A stretch of DNA of 46,767 bases, from contig JBDTDR010000139.1 of NCBI GenBank assembly GCA_039922955.1, forward strand, positions 1 to 46,767. The letters are read 5' to 3'. A program made the translations under genes and the position numbers. The stretch is from Candidatus Tumulicola sp. GTDB lineage: Bacteria; Vulcanimicrobiota; Vulcanimicrobiia; Vulcanimicrobiales; Vulcanimicrobiaceae. The notes below the pieces were generated by a model. It did no database searches. It was given only the letters and a program-made list of their open reading frames with translations, and had not been told where the DNA came from. Of the stretch, positions 9,297 through 17,496 are shown piece after piece; within the stretch, counting starts at the first letter, position 1, and the number at the start of each line of letters is the position of its first letter.

Positions 9297-9812
9297 TTAG
9301 TTTTCGGTTTTGGGGTTGCTGCTGGGGAGCGAGAATTGGATCAGGGCGCCGATCGGCGCGAGTCCGCGGCTAATGATCGCGTAAGGCGTGGCGCGGAGTC
9401 CCAGCTCCTCGAGCCGGGCTGCCGCTGCCATGATTTCGCGTCCGTTGGTGACCACGTCTTCGAGCAGTAGCACGTGCTGGCCGGCGGCGTACGGGCCTTC
9501 GACGTACTCGTCGGCGAACGCGCCGTAACCCTTGGGTTGTTTGCGGACCGCGATCATCGGGATTCCCGAAAGCTGCGATACCGCCGTAGCGATGACGACG
9601 CCGCCGAGTTCCGTACCGCCGATGATGTCGGGATTGAGTTCCGCAATGACCGGCGTGAACAGGCGCGCGATCCGCCGCAACACGTGTGGGTCGGCAAACA
9701 GGCTGAATTTGTCGATGTAGTAGTCGCTGCGCACGCCGCCGGAAAGGACGTAGTCGCCGCGCGTCAGCGCCCGCTCGACGATAATCTTGCGCAGCCAAGC
9801 GAGTTCCGGCAT
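9297..9812 (-). CDS. pyrE: Orotate phosphoribosyltransferase
   Basis: SGGVRSDYYIDKF and the PRPP loop HVLLLEDVVTNGREI. ATG 9812 (MPELAWLRK) lies just downstream of the stop of the upstream gene (9839). Confidence 0.8.
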   Translation of the reverse strand: MPELAWLRKIIVERALTRGDYVLSGGVRSDYYIDKFSLFADPHVLRRIARLFTPVIAELNPDIIGGTELGGVVIATAVSQLSGIPMIAVRKQPKGYGAFADEYVEGPYAAGQHVLLLEDVVTNGREIMAAAARLEELGLRATPYAIISRGLAPIGALIQFSLPSSNPKTEN

Positions 9813-9838
9813 CGATCCGGTGGGCCGGTCGGGCCTGC

Positions 9839-11470
9839 CTAGATGCTCCATTGCCACGCGTTCCAGGATTCGACCACCGGATTGGGATCGAAGCCCTTGA
9901 AATCGACGCTGACCGGCTCCATCTGGCGCAACCACCAGAAGAAGATCTGGGGATTATCGCGGGCCAGCAGCTCCTGGATTCTAAAATATGCGGCGGTGCG
10001 CGACGCGCGGTCGTAATGCGTAAGCGCGGCATTCTGGGCGGCTTGCATGTCGGGGTTGCAGTAGCGCGAATAGTTATAGCCGCCCGGCGGAATGTTTTGG
10101 CACATGTACTGCGAGCTATCGTCGGGGTCGATCCCGGCGTACCAGCCCGCCAGCGAGAGGTCGAACTTTCCGAGTTGCAGGATGCCGCCCATGCCGGCGG
10201 GCGCGAACAGCGTGTCGCCGGGATAGTACTTGATGTCGGTCTCGATTCCGACTTGTTTGAGCATCGCTTGGATCTGCAGGCTCGCGTCGCGGCGGGTGGC
10301 GTTGGAGTTGTTCGATACCAGCACCAGGGTCAGCGGTTCGCCGTTTTTGTGCATCACGCCGTCGGCGCCTGGCGCCCAGCCGGCTTGGCGCAAGAGTCCG
10401 CGAGCCTTGGCGGTGTCGTGCGGATACGAACGCACGGTTGGGTTGAACGCCCACATCCACTCCGGGATGTCTTCGCTCGCGACCTTCATCAGGCCGTGCG
10501 TCAGCGTAGATACCAGTTGCTGCTTATCGATGGCGTACGCGATGGCTTCGCGCACGCGCGGATCGGTAAGGTTCGGGCGCGCGACGTTTAGCTGCACGGC
10601 CTCGTAGCCGTTCACGTTGACGAAGTCCAGCTTGACGCCGGGGGCCGATTGCAGCGCCGGATAGGTGGTGGGGGAAGCCTGGAACATGTAATCGATCGAG
10701 TGCGTTTTGAAGAGATTGGTCGAGGTGTTCTCGTCGGGAATCACCTTTATATCGATGCGGCTCAAGCCCGGCTTGCCCAGGAAGAACCCGTCGTTGCGTA
10801 CCAGCGTGATGTGGTCGCCGTGCGACCATTGCACGAACCGGAAGGGGCCGTCGCTGACGCTGGGTTCGGTGCTGAACGGAATTTGATTGATGTTCGGGTA
10901 TTTCGAAAGCACGTGCTCGGGCGCGACCGGAAACGGTTGGTCGCTCATGGCAAAGAACGTGTTCACGAAGGGCGCGAACTTCGTCTTCAGGTGAACGACC
11001 GCGGTGTAGGCGTCGGGGGTGTCGATCGACTTCACGAAATCGTAGCCGTGGCGCGAAACGATGTTGTTGGCGGAGTTCATGATCGCTTGCCACGACCACT
11101 TGACGTCCTTGGACGTAACCGGCACGCCATCGGTCCACTTCACGTCTTTGCGCAAACGATAGGTAATCGTCAAACCGTCGCGCGAGACGCCGCCGTTCTC
11201 CGATGACGGCACCGTCGTCGCGAGCATCGGCACGGGGTTGCCCTTGTCGTCGGCCGAAAGCAGCGGCTCGAACATCAGGAACGCGATAAACCCGTCGGTC
11301 GTGTTCGAGTTGAGGAGCGGGTTGAGGTTCTTGACATCGGACTGAATCGCGACGCGCAGTACGCCCGGTTGGGTCCACGAGTGGCGGCCGCCCCCACCGG
11401 CGTCGTTGGAAACCTTGCTGCAGCCGGCAACGCACGCGGCGACGGCCGCGAGGGCTAAAAAGCGCTTCAC
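9839..11470 (-). CDS. ABC transporter substrate-binding lipoprotein, peptide/nickel (family 5) type
   Basis: Lipobox MKRFLALAAVAACVAGCS. About 540 aa with family-5 SBP-like content. The GTG start overlaps the EF-G-like stop (GTGA). Confidence 0.8.
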   Translation of the reverse strand: MKRFLALAAVAACVAGCSKVSNDAGGGGRHSWTQPGVLRVAIQSDVKNLNPLLNSNTTDGFIAFLMFEPLLSADDKGNPVPMLATTVPSSENGGVSRDGLTITYRLRKDVKWTDGVPVTSKDVKWSWQAIMNSANNIVSRHGYDFVKSIDTPDAYTAVVHLKTKFAPFVNTFFAMSDQPFPVAPEHVLSKYPNINQIPFSTEPSVSDGPFRFVQWSHGDHITLVRNDGFFLGKPGLSRIDIKVIPDENTSTNLFKTHSIDYMFQASPTTYPALQSAPGVKLDFVNVNGYEAVQLNVARPNLTDPRVREAIAYAIDKQQLVSTLTHGLMKVASEDIPEWMWAFNPTVRSYPHDTAKARGLLRQAGWAPGADGVMHKNGEPLTLVLVSNNSNATRRDASLQIQAMLKQVGIETDIKYYPGDTLFAPAGMGGILQLGKFDLSLAGWYAGIDPDDSSQYMCQNIPPGGYNYSRYCNPDMQAAQNAALTHYDRASRTAAYFRIQELLARDNPQIFFWWLRQMEPVSVDFKGFDPNPVVESWNAWQWSI

Positions 11471-13506
11471 GAAACGGCGGCTTTAGGCCCCACGCGATTA
11501 CCCGGAACCGGATCGTAGCGCTCGTGGCGCCAGCGATAGGTTCCTAGGCCCTGCGTCGCGGTGCGGAGTTCGGTGATGTAGCGCCCGAGCTCGACTTGCG
11601 GAACGTAGGCTTCGACCACGTCGCACCCGGGGCGGTCGGACGGATTCATGCCGAGGATCTGCCCGCGTTTGCCGGTGAGCTGCTGGATGACCGCCGACGT
11701 GTACGCCGTCGGCACCTCGGCCTGCACGTGAACGATCGGCTCGAGCACGACGGGATGGCATTTCGGGAGCGCATCGCGCACGCCCATGCTTCCGGCCGTC
11801 TTGAACGACTGCTCGCTCGAGTCAACGTCGTGATACTGGCCGTCGAAGAGGGTGACGTGCAGGTCGGTGATCGGATTGCCGCCCGGACCGTGAGCCAGCG
11901 CCTCGCGGACGCCTTTCTCGACGGCCGGAATGAACTGGCGGGGCACGACGCCGCCGACGATCTTGTCTTCAAACGTTACGCCCGCGCCGCGCTCGCGCGG
12001 TTCGAAGCGCAGCCACACGTCACCGAACTGGCCGTGGCCGCCGGTTTGGTGTTTGTAACGCGAATGAATCTCGGTGCCGGCCGTGATCGTCTCCAAATAC
12101 GGAATCGAAGGGGGCGCCGTTTCGACTTCCACCTTGTACTTGCGTGCGAGGCGCTCGACGGCGATCGAAACGTGCTGCTCGCCGCTTCCGAGCAAGAGCA
12201 GCTCGTGGGTGATATCCGCCCGCTGCAGTCGCAAGGCCGGATCCTCGTCGACGATCCGCACCAGCATCTGCGAAATCTTCGCTTCGTCGATCCGCTCCTT
12301 CGGCTTGATCGCTGCGGCAAAGACGGGCTCGGCGACCGGGATGCGCGGCAACAGGACCTTATGGCCGTTGGACGTCAGCGTATCGCCGGTCGAGACCGCT
12401 TCGAGCCGCGCCAGCGCCACGATCGCGCCCGGGCCGGCCTCCGCGATGGCTTCCTGCTTCTTGCCTTGGAGACGGTAGAGCCCGCCCAAGCGCGCGCGAT
12501 CGCCGTCTCGAGTGATGTTGGTAAGCGTTGCGTCGGATTTGACCGTTCCCGAAAGAATTCGCGCGATCGAAAGTTTCCCGCTTTGCGGATGGATCGCCGT
12601 CTTGATGACCTGCGCGACGACCGGGCCGGACGGATCCGCCGCAATCGGGCGCCCTTCGGCATCCACTTTGGGCGCGTCGGCGGGTGATGGAAACCATTTC
12701 TCCAGCGCGCGAACTAGCGCGGAAACGCCCGCACCCGAAGCGCCGGAGGCTACCAGCACGGGGATGATTTGGTCGTGCGAGCATTCCGTGCAGAGGTCGC
12801 GCTCGACCTCCTCGAGCGGCGGCTCGACCCCTTCGAGCAACGTTTCCATCAGATGATCGTCGAAGTCAGCGATCGCTTCGAGAAGTTCGCCGTGCGCGCG
12901 TTGCGCCTGGGCCTGCAGGTCGGCGGGCACGACGTCATCCTTTTCGCGATCGCCGTCGAAGCTACGGGCTTTCATTTCCGCCAGATCGACGTAACCATGG
13001 AACTGATCGGCGCTTCCGAGCGGCAGCTGCTCGGCGACGACGTGGCGGCCGTAGGCGCTCTGCAACGCGGCCAGCGTGCCCGCGAAGTCGGCTCCGGGAC
13101 GATCCATCTTATTGACGACGAAGAGATGGGGCATGTGCACGGATTCGAGGTAGTCGACGATGGCTTGGGTTTGAACGACCCGGCCGGGGTCGGCCTCCAC
13201 GACGATGACCGCAGCATCGACGCCGAAGAGCACGGCCCGCGTCTCTTGGAAGAAATCGACGAAGCCGGGACAATCGACGATCGTGATATCGACGTCGTCG
13301 GCGGTCGCGTGCGCGAAACCGACCGTCGTCGACTGCACGTGGGCGATGTCTTCGGGTTCGTGGTCGGTAACGGTCGTGCCGTCGGCGATCGAGCCGCGGC
13401 GTCCGATCGCGCCCGTGTGCGCGAGCACCGCTTCAACCAGCGTAGTCTTGCCCGCGTGATGGGGTCCGACGAAAGCGATATTACGTAGGCGAGCGATATC
13501 CGCCAT
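11467..13506 (-). CDS. EF-G-family translational GTPase paralogue with atypical switch II
   Basis: G1 GPHHAGKTT, G3 DCPGFVDF, G4 NKMD. 679 aa with EF-G domain II-V-like sequence. Confidence 0.85.
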   Translation of the reverse strand: MADIARLRNIAFVGPHHAGKTTLVEAVLAHTGAIGRRGSIADGTTVTDHEPEDIAHVQSTTVGFAHATADDVDITIVDCPGFVDFFQETRAVLFGVDAAVIVVEADPGRVVQTQAIVDYLESVHMPHLFVVNKMDRPGADFAGTLAALQSAYGRHVVAEQLPLGSADQFHGYVDLAEMKARSFDGDREKDDVVPADLQAQAQRAHGELLEAIADFDDHLMETLLEGVEPPLEEVERDLCTECSHDQIIPVLVASGASGAGVSALVRALEKWFPSPADAPKVDAEGRPIAADPSGPVVAQVIKTAIHPQSGKLSIARILSGTVKSDATLTNITRDGDRARLGGLYRLQGKKQEAIAEAGPGAIVALARLEAVSTGDTLTSNGHKVLLPRIPVAEPVFAAAIKPKERIDEAKISQMLVRIVDEDPALRLQRADITHELLLLGSGEQHVSIAVERLARKYKVEVETAPPSIPYLETITAGTEIHSRYKHQTGGHGQFGDVWLRFEPRERGAGVTFEDKIVGGVVPRQFIPAVEKGVREALAHGPGGNPITDLHVTLFDGQYHDVDSSEQSFKTAGSMGVRDALPKCHPVVLEPIVHVQAEVPTAYTSAVIQQLTGKRGQILGMNPSDRPGCDVVEAYVPQVELGRYITELRTATQGLGTYRWRHERYDPVPGNRVGPKAAVS

Positions 13507-13539
13507 CCCACTCTCCTGTCCCCTTGTAGGGTGTGTCTC

Positions 13540-15261
13540 TTAACGACGTTTGGCCGTGGGTTTTTTCTTCGTTGCCGAACCCTTGCTGGGTGCCTTCGAC
13601 GATTTCTTGACGGCCTTTTTCGCGGACGGCTTGGCCGCGCGCGCGCCAAGTTTTTTCGGTTTCGCCGCGGGCTTAGCCACCGGCTTCTTCGGCGCCGGCG
13701 TTTTCTTCGCGGGGGTGGCTTTTTTCGCGCCGGCTTTAGGCGGCGCGGCCTTCTTGCCTAACGGGCGGCCGGGTTTGACGCCTTTGAGCGCGGGCCGCGC
13801 GCCCTTGAGTTTGGCCGGCGCCGTGGCCGGCTTGGTACGCGATGGCGCCGGCTTGGTACGCGATGGCGCCGGCTTGGTACGCGATGGCGCCGGCTTGACG
13901 GGTGGTTTCGCGGGTGGTTTTGCGGGTGGTTTTGCGCCTTTGACCGGAGCCTTCGTCGGCGCGGTCTTGGCCGGTTTCTCGGGTGGTTTCTTGGCGACAG
14001 CCGGCGGTTTGGTGGCACGGGCGGCCTTCGCCTTGCCCGACGAGGTTGACGACTCCGGGGTGCGGCGCGAGGTGCTCTTGGCGGAACTCTTCGAGGCGGC
14101 AGCCGCGGCACGTTTGCCCGAGCGCGTCGAACCGCTGGAGCGTTTCGCGGATGCCGCTTCGCGCGCCGCGCGAGCGCTTTCGCGCCGCGCCGACGCCGAC
14201 ATTTCCGCTTGTTCGGGCAGTCCCAGCTCGGCACGGCTGAACCCGCTTATGCTGCTTCCGGGGGTCGAGGTCTCGCGCGTCTTGGCCTGGGCTTCGAGGT
14301 GTTCGCGGGTCGCGCGCAGGGCTACGCGTGCCAGGCGGCCGCCGACCGGAAACACGATTTCGTTGATCTTGGCCTCATCGAGCAGTTTCAGCGCGAGGTC
14401 GAACGCGTTGCCTTGGTCTTTCGGGCTGTGGGCTTCGGAACCGATCGCGATCCCGACGCCCAGCGCCTTGGCTTTGCGGACGAGCCGCGCGTTCGCGTCG
14501 AGATATTTCTTCTTGAATTCGGCGGGGTTGTCGCGATAGAGGACGCGCGTGTTGACCTCCACCGCGAGGCCGCGCGCATGACAGACTTTGAGTAGCCGGT
14601 CTTCGTATTCCTCGAGCCGCTTTTGCGCGGGCCAGCGACCCAGGGCCGCGGGCCCGTAAAAGTGACCGACGATGTTCCCCGGCAGCTTCTCGAGGTCGTC
14701 GAGCAGCTTGGCCACGTACAGCTCCCAAAGCTTCTCGGCACCGATGACGTCGTGCAGATGCGCGAACTCTTCGTTGTCGAAGGCCCACGCCCAATCGGCG
14801 CCCTTTTCCGGGTGCTCGATGTTGACGAAGTTCACCGACCGGATCAGGCCGTCGGGACGCATTGCGTCGACGATGTTCTGCGCATCGGGTCGCGCGCGCG
14901 GATCGTTGTCGACCTCGGCGCCGATCGAGAACCGCATGCCGCGGCGGAGCGCTTCGGAAACGGGGCCCGCGTGCGTGACATCCACGCCGGCCGTCTCGGC
15001 CGCGCCGTAGAGGTCGCCGGCATGCGCGAGCTTCAGGGCGCGGCGCAGCGTGTTGACCGCGCCGGGGTCTTCGAAGGTGAGATAGTTGATGTGGTCGGCC
15101 ACCATGAGGAAGCGAGGCGACCCGCGCCGGCACGCATGGTAAAACCAAAGAAAAAGCATCCGGGCGGAATAGGCGATCGGACGTTCCTCGGCAAACGGCC
15201 GGTGCTCCCCTTTGGCATGGCCGTGAACGTCGGGGATGGCCGCGATACGTGGGTCGCTCAG
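13540..15261 (-). CDS. PHP-domain phosphoesterase fused to a Lys/Ala/Pro-rich histone-H1-like C-terminal tail
   Basis: The ORF-track protein starts at ATG 15159. The same frame stays open upstream and encodes DVHGH (PHP motif I, 15217-15231). A CTG at 15259-15261 sits 7 nt after AAGGAAG. The C-terminal ~230 aa are rich in K, A and P (AKKATPAKKTPAPKKPVAKPAAKPKK). Confidence 0.6.
   Translation of the reverse strand: MSDPRIAAIPDVHGHAKGEHRPFAEERPIAYSARMLFLWFYHACRRGSPRFLMVADHINYLTFEDPGAVNTLRRALKLAHAGDLYGAAETAGVDVTHAGPVSEALRRGMRFSIGAEVDNDPRARPDAQNIVDAMRPDGLIRSVNFVNIEHPEKGADWAWAFDNEEFAHLHDVIGAEKLWELYVAKLLDDLEKLPGNIVGHFYGPAALGRWPAQKRLEEYEDRLLKVCHARGLAVEVNTRVLYRDNPAEFKKKYLDANARLVRKAKALGVGIAIGSEAHSPKDQGNAFDLALKLLDEAKINEIVFPVGGRLARVALRATREHLEAQAKTRETSTPGSSISGFSRAELGLPEQAEMSASARRESARAAREAASAKRSSGSTRSGKRAAAAASKSSAKSTSRRTPESSTSSGKAKAARATKPPAVAKKPPEKPAKTAPTKAPVKGAKPPAKPPAKPPVKPAPSRTKPAPSRTKPAPSRTKPATAPAKLKGARPALKGVKPGRPLGKKAAPPKAGAKKATPAKKTPAPKKPVAKPAAKPKKLGARAAKPSAKKAVKKSSKAPSKGSATKKKPTAKRR
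13827..13936. repeat. In-frame coding tandem repeats: 21-bp unit in about 3.5 copies, then 12-bp unit in 3 copies
   Basis: ccggcttggtacgcgatggcg occurs at 13827, 13848 and 13869, plus a partial copy (encodes PAPSRTK x3 on the minus strand). ggtggttt(c/t)gcg x3 lies at 13901-13936 (PPAK-type repeats). Confidence 0.9.
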
Positions 15262-15419
15262 CGATCTACTTCCTTTACACTGCGTGGGATTGGATCGATC
15301 TCGTCACCGCGCAATGGCCGCAAGCCGGTGATACGGACGTGTTTTACCACGTTCGCTAAAGTTGGCGCCGCATTTCCGTTCCCCTCTGGAGGCGGGGCGG
15401 CACGCACGGCGCCGGAGCT

Positions 15420-16151
15420 TTACCCGCGGTACCCTTCCATCTTCAGAATTCGTGCCTTCATGTCCAGGCCGTAGTAGTAGTTGTGTAGCGCCCCCGACGA
15501 GTCCACCACGCGATGGCAGGGGAAGAGCAGCGGCAGCGGATTCCGGGCCATGACTCGTCCGACCGCGCGGGCCGCCCGAGGACGGCCGATCTGCGTCGCG
15601 ACCCACGAGTACGAGCGCACCTCGCCGGGCGGAATCTGGGCGGTCGCGCGCAGGGTCGCCTGTTCGAAGGGCGTCAGATCGCTGATGTCGACCGTTGCGT
15701 CCTCGACCTGCCAGGTGTGAAAAAACCGGTCGAGCGTCTCGCGCAGCCACGCCGGTGCGTCACCCATGACGACCGGACGCCGCAAGCGGTCCTCGACCCG
15801 AGTGCGCACGGCTTCGAGCGATTCACCCGTGTCGATGCCGATGTACGCGATGCGATGCTCTTTGAACCCGACGTGCACTCGGCCGATGGGCGTCTCGACC
15901 GCGCAGAGCAGGATCGGCGAGCGGGTCTTGATCTTGATCGTTGCGATGTGCTCGACGACTTTTTTGGTGAGGTTGCACGACGGCTGGGGCTGCGGCAAGC
16001 ACGAGAGGCAGTAGGCCACGCCTTCGAACTCCTCGTAGAGCTCTTGACAGGGCGGACACGCAAGCAGGTGGGTCTGAACGGTCTCTTTGAGCGATTCCTG
16101 GCAATCGTCGCGGATCTCGTCCCACATTGCCTCAACGTCACGACAGCGCAT
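15420..16151 (-). CDS. Fusion of a zinc-finger (ZAS-type) anti-sigma domain and a methylated-DNA-protein-cysteine methyltransferase (Ogt/MGMT)
   Basis: The N-terminal ~75 aa carry HLLACPPC (HxxxCxxC, 16047-16070). The rest is a full Ogt: an N-domain, then SYSWVATQIGRPRAARAVGRVMARNP and the active site PCHRV (15510-15521). ATG 16151 is preceded by GGAAGGAG and overlaps the sigma gene end by 14 nt. No TM segment is visible. Confidence 0.75.
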   Translation of the reverse strand: MRCRDVEAMWDEIRDDCQESLKETVQTHLLACPPCQELYEEFEGVAYCLSCLPQPQPSCNLTKKVVEHIATIKIKTRSPILLCAVETPIGRVHVGFKEHRIAYIGIDTGESLEAVRTRVEDRLRRPVVMGDAPAWLRETLDRFFHTWQVEDATVDISDLTPFEQATLRATAQIPPGEVRSYSWVATQIGRPRAARAVGRVMARNPLPLLFPCHRVVDSSGALHNYYYGLDMKARILKMEGYRG

Positions 16152-16809
16152 GGAGGGGTGCTCCTTCCGGGGTAATTCTTCCAATTTGTGGTCCGAGAAT
16201 GCGTCGCAGGATCCGAACCGCGCGATGCACGTGGGATTTCACCGTGCCGATCGGCTGGTGAAGGATCTCGGCGATCTCCGGGTGGCTGCGCCCCTCGATG
16301 AACCGAAGGGTCGCCGCGGCCCGGAGATGCATCGGCAGCTGCATGAGGGCCCGCTCGACCAGCGCCACTTCGGTATTGCGCTCGACGATCGTTTCCGGCT
16401 GAACCGGCCCCTCGTTGGATTCGCGCAGCAGCGCGTCGGGGTCGGCCAGCGCGTCGAGCGCGACGTTGGACGGCCGCTTGCTGCGCAGCCGGTTTCGAGT
16501 AACGTTCAGGGCGATGGTGTACAGCCAAGGCTGCAGGCGCAGCTCGGAGCGCTGTTCGAACGACATTTTTCCGAGCGCCCGGTACGCGCGGACGAATGCA
16601 TCCTGGACGATCTCCTCGGCGTCCTCGCGGTTCCCCGTCATTCGCAGCGCGAACCCGTAGAGCCGCCGCTGATAGTCGTCGACGATCCGCTCGAACTTCT
16701 CGACGCCGGGAATGGCCGCGGCTGGCAGCCGAGCGGCAGCGTTCTTCCCCATCGGGACCGCTGAAGGCACGAATACTCCCTGCAGGAGCGGTACGGCGAG
16801 CGCACTCAT
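16138..16809 (-). CDS. ECF-type RNA polymerase sigma-70 family factor
   Basis: Region 2 is LYGFALRMTGNREDAEEIVQDAFVRAY...QPWLYTIALNVTRN. Region 4 is RAAATLRFIEGRSHPEIAEILHQPIGTVKSHVHRA. The start is ATG 16809 or ATG 16752. Confidence 0.85.
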   Translation of the reverse strand: MSALAVPLLQGVFVPSAVPMGKNAAARLPAAAIPGVEKFERIVDDYQRRLYGFALRMTGNREDAEEIVQDAFVRAYRALGKMSFEQRSELRLQPWLYTIALNVTRNRLRSKRPSNVALDALADPDALLRESNEGPVQPETIVERNTEVALVERALMQLPMHLRAAATLRFIEGRSHPEIAEILHQPIGTVKSHVHRAVRILRRILGPQIGRITPEGAPLHALS

Positions 16810-17103
16810 ACAGTGACTCGGACCGCTGCCGCCTGCCGCCTGGTTTCACGTGCGGCCCGAAAACTCCTGAAAGAGCGGGGCCGGCCGCGGCCTCCAACCG
16901 GAGCCCTTGACGGCGCCTGCGCCGACAAACTCCTAGGAACATCCCGTCGCTTCTCAAACCTGACACCATGGCGCTTTTGGTCCGGCAGGCCGGCTCGAAC
17001 GGATGTAACGCACCGCTTCACTCGTGCAATAAAACGATGAGGCGGTTTTTTAATTCCGTAAGCAGCGCGCGCGACGCCCAAGTTTTTAGAAGAGGTGCGA
17101 TCT

Positions 17104-17496
17104 ATGCCGCAAGCCATCGATCTGACGGAGATCTCGTTCGACGCCCATACGATGTGCAGTTTTCTTCCGAATCTCGACTCGGCGCGCGCGATACCGCTGG
17201 TGCTCATCGGCTACCGTCAAAATGAGGATCCGTGGTTCGTTTGGCTCGTACCCAGGGACGGCATTCTTTTAGAAGGGCTCACCGACGATCCGTATTACGC
17301 CAAGATGTTGCGGGATCCACACGCGTACTTCCGCAAAAAGCTCGGGAAGTACGTCGAAGAAACGGGCAGCGTGAGACGCGGCATCGAAATGCTGATCGAC
17401 TGCCATCAGAATCATCTTGCCTTTACGCCGCTCACGGAGTTGCGGGAGATACCGTTCCGGCACCCGTTGGAAGTGGAGTTGGTCGGGGCGTTCTAG
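17104..17496 (+). CDS. Hypothetical protein, family not recognised
   Basis: ATG 17104 is preceded by GAAGAGGTG. Third-position GC is coding-like by eye. No motif recognised. Sits in a locally lower-GC stretch. Confidence 0.5.
   Translation: MPQAIDLTEISFDAHTMCSFLPNLDSARAIPLVLIGYRQNEDPWFVWLVPRDGILLEGLTDDPYYAKMLRDPHAYFRKKLGKYVEETGSVRRGIEMLIDCHQNHLAFTPLTELREIPFRHPLEVELVGAF

Noticed and set aside
13827-13936. Short direct repeats that could be mistaken for a mini CRISPR array
   Set aside because: The units are directly tandem with no spacers. They are in frame and lie within a coding low-complexity tail.
13550-14539. 329-aa plus-strand ORF, Gly/Ala/Phe-rich
   Set aside because: It is the mirror image of the Lys/Ala/Pro-rich tail on the minus strand. 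The minus frame continues into a PHP domain and has a proper stop and Shine-Dalgarno context.
16820-16860. Possible ECF-type autoregulated promoter (GAAAC-N17-CGGTC) upstream of the sigma gene
   Set aside because: The -10 element does not match the usual CGT core. The site would lie only a few nt from ATG 16809. It is too weak to call without a regulon consensus.
15674-16969. 431-aa minus-strand ORF spanning the sigma/anti-sigma genes in another frame
   Set aside because: It has an extremely Arg/Pro/Ala-rich nonsense composition. The alternative frames give clean ECF sigma and Ogt motifs.
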